Source: Bryobacterales bacterium
Lineage (GTDB): Bacteria > Acidobacteriota > Terriglobia > Bryobacterales > UBA6623
DNA: 29,174 nt
NCBI GenBank assembly: GCA_047516085.1
Contig: JAKZVK010000965.1
Location: 1-29,174, forward strand
Direction: 5' to 3'
Below the pieces are notes generated by a model that had not been told where the DNA came from, ran no database searches, and saw nothing but the letters and a program-made list of their open reading frames with translations. The stretch's first letter is position 1, and each line of letters begins with the position of its first letter. Shown one piece after another: positions 1-8,522 of the stretch. The position numbers and the translations under genes were made by a program.

Positions 1-1
1 G

Positions 2-292
2 GTCAGCGACAAGGGCATCGCGAGCTGCCTCAACGCCAAGACCGGCGAAGAGCTGTGGCGCGTGCGCCTGGAAGGTGAATACTCGGCCTCGCCCGTGCTC
101 GCGGGCAGCCGCATCTATTTCCTCAACGAGTCGGGCCTCACCACAGCCATCGCGCCTCGCCGCGAGTTCGAGAAACTCGCGACCAGCCAACTCGACGGAC
201 GCACCCTGGCCTCGATAGCCGTCGTCGACGGCGCCATCTACCTCCGCACCGACACGCACCTGTACCGAATCGAAGAGTTAGAGTCGCGCTAG
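2..292 (+). CDS. PQQ-binding-like beta-propeller repeat protein (BamB-like), 3' part only
   Basis: Frame is open from the window edge: VSDKGIASCLNAKTGEELWRVRLEGEYSASPV...IYFLNESG...IYLRTDTHLYRI; TAG at 290-292. Typical PQQ-propeller 'xxxTGExxW' and 'ASPV' motifs. Confidence 0.85.
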   Translation, partial: VSDKGIASCLNAKTGEELWRVRLEGEYSASPVLAGSRIYFLNESGLTTAIAPRREFEKLATSQLDGRTLASIAVVDGAIYLRTDTHLYRIEELESR

Positions 293-326
293 TCGCACCG
301 GCGTATTCGGCCCCGAAAGTGACCAA

Positions 327-1439
327 TCATCGGCGGTCGACCTTGATGAAGTCCCGGGTGACGGCCCGCAGATTAACGGCCCCGCACATGGCCATGTCTC
401 GGCCGAGTTCGGTTTGCAGAAGCTCGACCACCGTTTGAACGCCGCGGGCACCGTAAGCGGCGAGGCCCCACAGCGCCGGACGGCTGATCAAAACGGCGCG
501 GGCCCCCAACGCCAGAGCCTTCAGTACATCGCTGCCCCGCCGAAAGCCTCCGTCGATGAGAATGGGGACTTGTTCGCCCACGGCATCCGCGATCGCGGGC
601 AAGACGCTGATGGGCTCAGCCAAGCCCTCCACAAACCCACCGCCGTGGTTCGAGACGATGACGCCCTCGACGCCTCTCTCCACGGCCGTCTGCGCTTCCT
701 CAGCCGTCATGATGCCCTTGAGCAACAATGGCACGGCGATCTCCTGGCGGATCCGGTCGATGTAGTCCCAGTCCAAGGCGGGATGGCCCAACGCCGCCCG
801 ATCAGAAAGCCGAGGAGAGCCGCCTGAGCCGATGGGTGGGTGGGGCGTGCCCACCGTGATGCAGACCGCCTTGCATCCCGCTCGAACGGCCCGGCGGACC
901 CGGGCCATAAGGGCGTCCGCCTTCGGCTCCGGATACACCTGATACCAGAGAGGTGTCTGAGCCTCGGCGGCGACCTTCTCGATAGGGGTGTCGGAGCGGT
1001 CGGCCACCACCAGCGCAGCCTTCGCGCCCGCCGCGCCGCGGGCCATGGCCGACTCCCCCTGCGGATGGAACCGCCTCTGGTGGGACGCGGGTCCGACAAC
1101 GATCGGAGCGAACATCGTGTCTCCGAACAACTGGCTGCTCAGATCCATCTCCAAGCTGTTGACCATCAAGCGTGGCCGGTAGATGATTCGGTCGAACCCT
1201 TTGCGGTCGCCTCCGGCAATGGCCGCGAAGACGGCATCCTCGAGCTTGCGCTCGGCTACGGCTTCGAACTCGAGGGTGTTGATGAGTTCCTCGATCGGCG
1301 CAATCCGCCCCGGCGGCTCGCCGATGACGGGTTGCGCCTGCTGGGCCTTCAGCAGCGGGGACCCAGCGATCAACGAGCCGAAGCCGGCCAGAGCGCGGCG
1401 TCTGCTGAACAGGGGTCTGCTGAAGCGTCGCTGGCTCAA
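327..1439 (-). CDS. FMN-dependent alpha-hydroxy-acid oxidase family protein, divergent active site, Tat-like N-terminus
   Basis: WYQVYP, LLKGI, SNHGG, DGGFRRGSD motifs. Start reassigned to TTG at 1439, which overlaps the TGA of the upstream paralogue (TTGA 1439-1436). N-terminus SRRRALAGFGSLIAGSPLLKA. Confidence 0.85.
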   Translation of the reverse strand: MSQRRFSRPLFSRRRALAGFGSLIAGSPLLKAQQAQPVIGEPPGRIAPIEELINTLEFEAVAERKLEDAVFAAIAGGDRKGFDRIIYRPRLMVNSLEMDLSSQLFGDTMFAPIVVGPASHQRRFHPQGESAMARGAAGAKAALVVADRSDTPIEKVAAEAQTPLWYQVYPEPKADALMARVRRAVRAGCKAVCITVGTPHPPIGSGGSPRLSDRAALGHPALDWDYIDRIRQEIAVPLLLKGIMTAEEAQTAVERGVEGVIVSNHGGGFVEGLAEPISVLPAIADAVGEQVPILIDGGFRRGSDVLKALALGARAVLISRPALWGLAAYGARGVQTVVELLQTELGRDMAMCGAVNLRAVTRDFIKVDRR

Positions 1440-2641
1440 GGCAGGTCCGTCCTTACGAGGGTTCGGTCGATCGAAGCCAGGGTGGGCCGGCCGGTGTGCG
1501 CCATCGCCATCACCAACTCGGCTTGCAGGATTTCGAGAACCCGCTGCACACCCGGCGGCCCGAAGGATCCCAGACCCCAGCGCGGCACGCGGCCGAGGCA
1601 AACCGCCGAGGCGCCCAGCGCCAAAGCCTTGAGGATGTCGCTTCCACGGCGGAAGCCGCTATCGACCAACACAGGGATGCGGCCACCGACCGCGTTAACA
1701 ATCTCGGGTAAGACCTCCAGGCTTGAGGGACTGTAGTCCAACGCCCGCCCGCCGTGGTTGGAAACGACGATTCCGTCGAGCCCGTGTTCGACGCATCGCA
1801 GGGCGTCTTCGGCGGTGAGGATCCCTTTCGCCAGCATCGGCACATCGACCAGAGGACGTAGCTGGTCGAACAGCTTCCATTCGTACCACAGCCTGTGAGT
1901 CCGGACGCGATAGCGATTCACCTCCTGGACCCCGCGCGGGCGGGTCCGCCTGGGGCTCCGGCGACTCGAGAGATTTCGGTCGTGCAGCGGTCTCTCGTAG
2001 TACGCAGCCTCCTGATCCACGGTCACGACGACAGCTCGGCACCCCGCCGCTTGCGCCTTGTCGAGCCGCTCGCGGTTAGCCTCGATCTCCGGCGCGGGAT
2101 ACAGTTGATACCAAAGCGTGCCGCCGGCTGCTTGTTGGATTTTGTCGATCGGCATGCTGGCGACGTGGCTGACGATCATCGGTGTTTCGGCTGCCGCCGT
2201 GCTCCCCTCGTGGGTGCCCTCCTCACCGGTGGGGTGAAGGGCAACGTGACCCGCCGTGGGCGCCACGAGAATCGGGAAGCGAAGTTTGGTGCCAAGAATC
2301 TCCGTCGCCGTCTCGATCGAGCTGACATCGACCACCGCCCTCGGTAGCAGGTTGACCCATTTGAACGCCTCGCGGTTGCGACGCAGGGTGAACTCACCGC
2401 AGCTTCCGTAGGCCGTGTAGGTGTATGCCTGACGCGGCAGTTTCTCGTATGCGACCGCCTCGAAATCGAAAGCGTTGACAAGCTCGTCCATGCCGGGAAC
2501 GCGGCTGTGGTCGCGCAACGGATCCTGCTGCGAGTGGAGCAGGGGCGATCCCGCCAGGAAACCGGCCAACCCTCGTATCGCGCCACGGCGAGTAACGCCC
2601 TGTCGCCAGAGACGCTCGAGTTTTCCCACGAATCCTCCCAT
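1436..2641 (-). CDS. FMN-dependent alpha-hydroxy-acid oxidase/dehydrogenase family protein, Tat-like N-terminus
   Basis: APTA, WYQLYP, VTVD, LAKGI, SNHGGRALD, DSGFRRGSD motifs; GGAG SD upstream; N-terminus TRRGAIRGLAGFLAGSPLLHS. Confidence 0.92.
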   Translation of the reverse strand: MGGFVGKLERLWRQGVTRRGAIRGLAGFLAGSPLLHSQQDPLRDHSRVPGMDELVNAFDFEAVAYEKLPRQAYTYTAYGSCGEFTLRRNREAFKWVNLLPRAVVDVSSIETATEILGTKLRFPILVAPTAGHVALHPTGEEGTHEGSTAAAETPMIVSHVASMPIDKIQQAAGGTLWYQLYPAPEIEANRERLDKAQAAGCRAVVVTVDQEAAYYERPLHDRNLSSRRSPRRTRPRGVQEVNRYRVRTHRLWYEWKLFDQLRPLVDVPMLAKGILTAEDALRCVEHGLDGIVVSNHGGRALDYSPSSLEVLPEIVNAVGGRIPVLVDSGFRRGSDILKALALGASAVCLGRVPRWGLGSFGPPGVQRVLEILQAELVMAMAHTGRPTLASIDRTLVRTDLP

Positions 2642-2926
2642 CTCGTCTCCGCGTGGGGCTGGTCACCGTGGCGGAGAAGCCGTGCATACTGCCCGGCACG
2701 ATTGTAGCGCCGGTGGCGCTCTCGATGGGATGCACGCCTTGCACGGGGTTCCGAGCTTGGCTAAGATCCCCGCATGCTCTGCCGCCCTCTTTCCTGCGCA
2801 CCACGCTAGGCGCCGTTCCCGCGATTCTCTCCGCGCAATCGCGCTGTCCCAAGGCCGCCCAACACCCCGACCCAGTCGTTCCCGTCGTCGACCGAGATCA
2901 TCAGCCGTACGGGTACCTCACAGTGA

Positions 2927-3334
2927 GGCTGCGACGGCCGAGGACGCGGCCACGCCATCCCCGACGCGCAGATTGTGGACGAGCTGCTGAAGCTGCGCCA
3001 CGACGTGGACGTACGGTTCGTCTCCTACGGCACCGGCACCCGGACGCTGGAGGAGTTGGGCCACAGCCTTATCGACCTCGGTCTGCCCGATTTGGCAGCG
3101 TTGGGTGTGCCGTCGCTGACTATCACCGACGGCTTGAACAGAATTGACGACTGGTGCACCGCGCGCGTGCCGAGCAACGAGACGGTTTTCTCCCGCGAAA
3201 TCGGTCCTTCCACGCTGGCTGAGGGCCTTGCGGAGAAACGACTGGAGAGCCAAGTCTTGTCACCACCCGATCTGAGGTCAGAGACGGGCCTGGTCTTGAC
3301 GGCACAAAAGATAGGAGCACTCCTGGAAGCCTGA
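2927..3334 (+). pseudogene. Glycosyltransferase (GT-B fold) remnant with apparent large internal deletion
   Basis: Frame of ORF 2975-3334 read back to an in-frame TGA at 2924-2926 gives GRGRGHAIPDAQIVDELLK...VRFVSYGTG (GT-B N-terminal GxGH-type motif), joined near 3091 directly to LAALGVPSLTI (C-terminal-domain-like). No start codon precedes the motif. Confidence 0.5.
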
Positions 3335-3435
3335 GGGAGCCCGAGCCTCGTTGTCGATCGAGCCCACCCGCAGTGCGGAACTCTCCCTTGTGTATCTGCC
3401 CGAACTGAAGTTGGCTTTGGCCGGCGGTTGGACAG

Positions 3436-4710
3436 TCAACTCCGTCCGGAATTCTGTAAGGGCACCTTCCCAACGTGAACGGGACTCTTGAGGGCCCGGT
3501 CGAGAAGGTCCTTCCAATCCCGGCTGCCGTCGTTCGGGATCTCTCTCATGGAAACGCCGCGCGCAAAAGCCGGGAGATGCCCCTTCATGAAGTCGTGCAG
3601 CATCATGCGACCGTTGCCGTAGTAGCTCGTGCCGCCCTCGGGCCACTCGACGGCGAGCAACAGCGAAGCAGGCCGCGGCGGTTCGAGAGGAGGTGAATCG
3701 ATGCGATAGCGCTCGATCGCGTCCTCATCGAGATCCACACCCAAGCCCGGTCGATCGGGTACCGTGGCTGTGCCATCAGTCACTTCGATCCGCGGGCGGA
3801 TGAGCGCCGCGGCGAAGAGATGATGGAGGTTCACACATGGCCAGCGGGCATGGCTGAGTACCGAGGCCAAATGCAGACAGAAGGTCGCCGTGATCTCCGA
3901 ACCCACCATCTGGATCCAGAAGGGCTTGTCTGCTTCAGCGGCCTTGGCGGCGGATTCGAGGATCTCACCGACGCCACCGCCGATGACAAAGCCATCACAG
4001 ACATCGTTCTCGAGAGCCAGTTCGATCGGCGGGCTACCATAGTGGATCGCGACGGGAATCTTGGTCTTGCTCCGAAGCGCTCGGTACCCGGGGATGTCAC
4101 CTTGGGGGATGGGCGTCTCGTAGACACCCACAGTCCGGTAGCGTTCGAGATCAACGAGATGGGGTTCGGCTATTGCACTGTCGAGCAGCAAACAGTTGAA
4201 ATCAAGGCCAACCGAAAAGTCCTCAGGCAGGGACGAATCGAGCAGGCGGCACTGCTCGCGAAGATCAAACCAAGGCCGCGCCTTCGCCTTGAAGGAACGA
4301 TATCCGTTAGATAGGGCCTCCTGGCACTCGACCCGCCAGTCTTCGGCAGGCATCGCGCCGGCCCACCAGCTAAGCGCCACGCGATCGCGGCACTTGTCGC
4401 CCATCAGCCGGTGGACCGGCACTCCCTGCGATTTGCCGACCGCGTCGAGCAGGGCCATCTGTAGGCCCAGCCCGATCGAGTCGTCCCACAAGTACTTTGA
4501 CGCGTCCTCGCCCGTGATTCTGCGAATACTGGCCGAGTCAGAAGACCCCTCGCCAACTCCTACGACTCCGTTGGATAGGGTGACACGCCGAAGTGTCCGA
4601 AGCTCGCGGCCCAAGCCCTCACCTTGCTGACAGTGATGAAGACCAGCCCTCGCCTGCAAGGGTAAATTGAGCCATATGGTCTCGATACTATCGACGCTGA
4701 GTCGCTGCAT
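3436..4710 (-). CDS. Mandelate racemase/muconate lactonizing enzyme family (enolase superfamily) protein
   Basis: N-terminal capping domain (GVVGVGEG, ALLDAVGKSQGVPVHRLMG), KxK motif (FKAKARP), metal ligands LDFN and YETP. Confidence 0.88.
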   Translation of the reverse strand: MQRLSVDSIETIWLNLPLQARAGLHHCQQGEGLGRELRTLRRVTLSNGVVGVGEGSSDSASIRRITGEDASKYLWDDSIGLGLQMALLDAVGKSQGVPVHRLMGDKCRDRVALSWWAGAMPAEDWRVECQEALSNGYRSFKAKARPWFDLREQCRLLDSSLPEDFSVGLDFNCLLLDSAIAEPHLVDLERYRTVGVYETPIPQGDIPGYRALRSKTKIPVAIHYGSPPIELALENDVCDGFVIGGGVGEILESAAKAAEADKPFWIQMVGSEITATFCLHLASVLSHARWPCVNLHHLFAAALIRPRIEVTDGTATVPDRPGLGVDLDEDAIERYRIDSPPLEPPRPASLLLAVEWPEGGTSYYGNGRMMLHDFMKGHLPAFARGVSMREIPNDGSRDWKDLLDRALKSPVHVGKVPLQNSGRS

Positions 4711-4755
4711 GGAGCTGTGGCGCCAGACCTACACCCATTCTCCTTGCACCTCGGC

Positions 4756-5148
4756 TCAACAGTAAGGGACTGGACCCCAGATTTCCTTACTTATCAGCGC
4801 CGTGTCTTGCGGTCGATGTTCAGCCTCCCATTTGATCCGGCCGCTGGCGAGCTCGTCAACCAACCTAAAATTGTCCTCCGTGCCCTTAACCTGACAGGAA
4901 AACGGACTGTTGTCGACGACGTATTGAGGAGCTGTGGGTTCCCCTTCAAGCTTCTCGCTCGTCTCAGGAGCGATGTAAGTTATGGTGACCTTCAAATGTC
5001 GGGCCCGGAACTCAAAGTTCTCCCCTGCTTGCAGTAGGGGAAACGGTTCGCGCGCCGCATAAGAGACTTTGAGTTCGTAATTGCCCTCCTTCTTAAGGAT
5101 CGTCTGTTCGTGCCGATTAACCTGAACCACTGCTTCTCCTGGCATCAA
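4756..5148 (-). CDS. Hypothetical protein, 130 aa
   Basis: ATG overlaps the TGA of the upstream TPR gene (ATGA at 5148-5145), preceded by AGGAGGAG; no recognisable motif. Confidence 0.65.
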   Translation of the reverse strand: MMPGEAVVQVNRHEQTILKKEGNYELKVSYAAREPFPLLQAGENFEFRARHLKVTITYIAPETSEKLEGEPTAPQYVVDNSPFSCQVKGTEDNFRLVDELASGRIKWEAEHRPQDTALISKEIWGPVPYC

Positions 5149-7016
5149 TCTCCTCCTTGGAATAAAACGCCTGTGTGGCGCTGGAACTGCGAGCTTGAAC
5201 GAGTGCCACTGGCACTTGTGAAAAGCGGTCTAAACTCCGGCCTACGGCGAACGAGCGCTTCTGGATATCCCAGCGAGATAGCCTGCTCCATACGAGCCTG
5301 TGCCTCCGGCAGCTCGCCGATCGCCATATAGACCCGTGCGGCCTGAATCTGGGTCCTTGAATCATCGGGGGATAGCGCGAGTGCTTCGCGAATTCGATGA
5401 AGCGCCTCTTCCCTTCGGCCCAACCGCGCGGCATACCGAGCCCAGTAGGCGAGGTACGTCGGATTCCGAGGCGATTGTTTAAGCGCCTGCTCAAGAAGCC
5501 CAAGCGAACGCTCGTACGCGGTTTGCCAAGCGACTTGCTCTACTCCTATTGTGAAGTGAACGTCAGCCAGACCACCCCAGACCACATAGTCATCGTTGGT
5601 CACTGCCAAGGATTGCTCGTAGAGGTCAATGGCTTTGGCATAGTCGCCTTCCTCGAAGCTCAGGGATGCTAGGTTGAAGAAAGCTCGGTGCTGGTTCGGA
5701 TCCAGCTCCGCTGCGCGCCGGAACATCGCTTTCGCCTCCGCGAAATTCTCGCTGAAATAGAGCATCGTTCCGAGGTTGACGTATCCATGAACGTTATCCG
5801 GAGTCAGTCGAACAGCCTGCCGCATTTGGTCGGCTGCCTCCTGGTAGTGGCCCTGGCGATAATAGAAGAGTCCCAAGCGGTTGTAGCCGTCCCAATACCT
5901 TGGACGGATGCCAATGGCACGTCGGAGCGTGTTTTCGGCCTCTTCGGGGCGCCCGAAGGCTTCGTAGGCGCGCGCCAGACCGTGATGTGCCTCCACGTTC
6001 CGCGGATCCAGGTCCAGTGCTCGGTCAAAGTCGGCAACGGCTTCCCGATATCGGCCCTGCTCCGAGTGCGCATATCCCAGCGTGGCATGAACTTGCGCAA
6101 GACTTGGGTCGAGCTCCAACGCATGGTTGCAGTGTTCGATCGCCACGTCGGCAGCATCCAAGTGTTTCAGGTGCTTATAGCGATACCAATAGGCGCGGCA
6201 CAGACCGGCAAAAGCCGGCGCGAAGTCTTGGTCCTTCCTGCTCGCGCTCTCGAAGAGGTCAATGGCGGTATCGATGTTCTCGGGCCGATCGAAGCGCTGT
6301 AGGTAGCCCTGTCCCTGAAGAAGTAATTCGTAAATACCGGGGACAGTTGCAGCGTTGTCGTCGGCCGCGGTCAGAACATCGTCGCTCGCGTTCAGATCGA
6401 GTGCTTCGACCAAGCTTGCCACCACCCGCTGCTCCAGACCAAGAGGATTGGCTTCACTGCCCAAGATCTCCTGGGACCGCAATTGGGTGAGATCGACAGC
6501 ATCGACGACATTCAGAATAAGTCGAATACGTTTGTCGCTCTCTTGAACGCTACCGGTAACTACGAGCTGGGCGCCGAACTCGCGCTGTGCCTCGGCTGCG
6601 GAGTGAATATCCTTGCGGATCACTTCGCTCACAGGAGTGACAACCAGCGAAGTGTTCGATAGCTCCATTTCGGTCAGTCGGCTCGCCACAACTTCCATGA
6701 GTCCGTCGCAAAAGGCCTGTCGATCCGCAGTGCTGCCCGAACAGCGAAACGGTAAGACGACTACATGCTTCGTGCCGTTCGAGACCTGTGAACCCGTGGA
6801 CCAATGATCCCGAGTTGCCACGAGCGCCAGCACCGCCGAGAGCAACGCGGCCAGAAGCCCAGCCATCGCGCCCACAGGAAGCCGAAGACGATTCGCCTTC
6901 CCAGCCTCATCCTGTAAACGCGTACTAGGGTCCGTGATTGGGGCCAAATCGATCGAAAAATTGTTCGCTGTTCTCTGCTGGCCCCCGGAACCAGATTCAC
7001 GCGCCTGTTTCAATGC
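5145..7016 (-). CDS. Membrane-anchored TolB-like/TPR protein (C-terminal sensor module typical of Ser/Thr kinases), 5' end lost or cut by IS
   Basis: Hydrophobic segment AMAGLLAALLSAVLALV, TolB-like domain (VVVLPF...DGL...LVVTGSV), many TPRs. The listed start at 7070 lies inside the IS; the first host ATG is at 6866. Start uncertain. Confidence 0.8.
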   Translation of the reverse strand, partial: ALKQARESGSGGQQRTANNFSIDLAPITDPSTRLQDEAGKANRLRLPVGAMAGLLAALLSAVLALVATRDHWSTGSQVSNGTKHVVVLPFRCSGSTADRQAFCDGLMEVVASRLTEMELSNTSLVVTPVSEVIRKDIHSAAEAQREFGAQLVVTGSVQESDKRIRLILNVVDAVDLTQLRSQEILGSEANPLGLEQRVVASLVEALDLNASDDVLTAADDNAATVPGIYELLLQGQGYLQRFDRPENIDTAIDLFESASRKDQDFAPAFAGLCRAYWYRYKHLKHLDAADVAIEHCNHALELDPSLAQVHATLGYAHSEQGRYREAVADFDRALDLDPRNVEAHHGLARAYEAFGRPEEAENTLRRAIGIRPRYWDGYNRLGLFYYRQGHYQEAADQMRQAVRLTPDNVHGYVNLGTMLYFSENFAEAKAMFRRAAELDPNQHRAFFNLASLSFEEGDYAKAIDLYEQSLAVTNDDYVVWGGLADVHFTIGVEQVAWQTAYERSLGLLEQALKQSPRNPTYLAYWARYAARLGRREEALHRIREALALSPDDSRTQIQAARVYMAIGELPEAQARMEQAISLGYPEALVRRRPEFRPLFTSASGTRSSSQFQRHTGVLFQGGD

Positions 7017-7104
7017 ATAGGTAGTGGCAAAGAGGAATCCTCCCGGGGGCAAAATGCTGAGAGCGGCCACGCGGTCGGCTCAGAGCCAATCCCAGGAGGA
7101 TTCC

Positions 7105-8133
7105 ATGCCAGAACTCTACTACATCGGACTCGATGTCCATAAGAAAAGCATCAGCTTCTGCATCAAAACGGCGGACGGCACCCTCGTCGCCCGCGGCCAG
7201 GTCGCGGCCACTCGCGCCGCCCTGACCGCTTGGGCGTCAGCCCTCGAACGCCCTTGGGTGGGCGCGCTCGAAGCCACCCTGTTTACCGGCTGGATTTACG
7301 ATCACCTCCAGCCCTTCGCCCAGGAACTGCAAGTCGCACACCCGGCCATGCTCAAGGCCATCGCCTGCGCCAAGAAGAAGAACGACCGTCTCGACGCCAC
7401 CAAGATCTGCGACCTGCTGCGCTGCAACCTGCTGCCGCGCTGCTACGTGGCGCCGCCCGCCCTGCGCGAGTTGCGGCGCGTGCTGCGCTATCGCAATCTG
7501 CTGGTGGGCGAAGCCGTCCGCATGAAGAACAAAATCAGCGGGCTACTGATGGAAGTGGGCGAACCCTACGATGCCCGGCGGCTGCACGGGCACAACTATT
7601 TCTACTCCTATCTCGACAGCCTGCGCGACACGCCCGAGTCGGTGATCGAGCTGCTCGCCATCACCCGCGGCAGCCTGGAAATGTTCGATCGTTTGCAGCA
7701 GGAGTTACTGCGCGGATTGCGGCGCCATCCGCTGTTGCGGGAACGCGTCGAGTTGCTGCAGTCGATTCACGGCGTGGGGGAGGTGACGGCGTTGACCTGG
7801 GCGCTGGAGACCGTCGAGCCGGAGCGCTTCGGTTCGCTGGGCCAGGCGGTGAGTTACTGTGGGCTGTGTTCGGCACAGCGCGAGTCGGCCGGCAAGACGC
7901 AGCGGGGACCGCTGTCGAAGCAGCGCAACAAGCATTTGCAGCGGGTGCTGATCGAGGCGGCGAAACTGGCGCCGCGCTGGAACCCGCAACTGCACGACGT
8001 CCATGAGCGGGAGTTGACGCGCGGGTCTCGCAATCGCGCGACGTTGGCCGTGGCGCGCAAGTTGGTGGCGTATCTGCGGGCCGTGGACACCAGTGGCCGC
8101 GCGTTCGTGCCGCGGGTGGCGGCCGAGGCGTAA
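7105..8133 (+). CDS. IS110-family DEDD transposase/recombinase
   Basis: GGAGGA SD then ATG 7105; YIGLDVHK, LEAT, KNDRLDA (DEDD RuvC-like domain); C-terminal YCGLCSAQRESAGK with the conserved Ser; LIEAA and AVARKL motifs. Confidence 0.96.
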   Translation: MPELYYIGLDVHKKSISFCIKTADGTLVARGQVAATRAALTAWASALERPWVGALEATLFTGWIYDHLQPFAQELQVAHPAMLKAIACAKKKNDRLDATKICDLLRCNLLPRCYVAPPALRELRRVLRYRNLLVGEAVRMKNKISGLLMEVGEPYDARRLHGHNYFYSYLDSLRDTPESVIELLAITRGSLEMFDRLQQELLRGLRRHPLLRERVELLQSIHGVGEVTALTWALETVEPERFGSLGQAVSYCGLCSAQRESAGKTQRGPLSKQRNKHLQRVLIEAAKLAPRWNPQLHDVHERELTRGSRNRATLAVARKLVAYLRAVDTSGRAFVPRVAAEA

Positions 8134-8474
8134 CGAGAAGAATTTGTTTTTTTCTGTTAAAAGGAGAAACGAAGAGTTTTATCGACGCTGTGCGGTGTCA
8201 CGAGCGGCCCGCCGGTCCTCGCCTGTTGGGGACTACGCGAAGGAGTTTGCTGGGAGTTTCCTGGGAAATTTCTGATGCGTCCGTATCTCTGTTTCGAGGC
8301 CGGCGGGCCTGAAAACCCAAACTGAATCTTCCGCGACGGTCCCCGGCCGGTACGGTGGGGTGACCCGATGCGCGCACATGGATGTCTGGTCACGTGACTC
8401 GTTGACCTTGCGACTTGATTCGCAAAAACGCTCGGGCTGCGAAGCGTCACTGCTGAAGACAACGCCCCCGCTGA
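8134..8474 (+). ncRNA. Candidate bridge/seek RNA region of the IS110 element
   Basis: Long stem 8206-8221/8295-8309; stem GTGACC 8360-8365/GGTCAC 8388-8393 enclosing CATGGATGTC (8377-8386), identical to the right insertion junction 8519-8528. Transcript limits and strand not determined. Confidence 0.6.
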
Positions 8475-8522
8475 CGGGAGGATTCGGATGACTGCGTCCA
8501 TCCTTGACAGATACCTATCATG

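Larger units (their letters stand above)
7016..8521 (+). mobile_element. IS110-family element, IS1111-like layout (subterminal IRs, long 3' non-coding region), about 1.5 kb
   Basis: CAT at both junctions (7016-7018, 8519-8521); ATAGGTA 7017-7023 / TACCTAT 8512-8518 inverted pair; perfect 11-bp IR GAATCCTCCCG 7035-7045 / CGGGAGGATTC 8475-8485; TTGACA at 8504-8509 near the right end. Confidence 0.8.

Noticed and set aside
840-1736. Plus-strand ORFs over the oxidase genes (also 414-827, 5688-6302, 10183-10713, 25493-26131)
   Set aside because: High-GC antisense shadows of well-supported minus-strand genes.
8504-8521. Strong hybrid promoter at the IS circle junction
   Set aside because: TTGACA is present, but no TAnnnT falls 16-18 nt downstream in the reconstructed junction.
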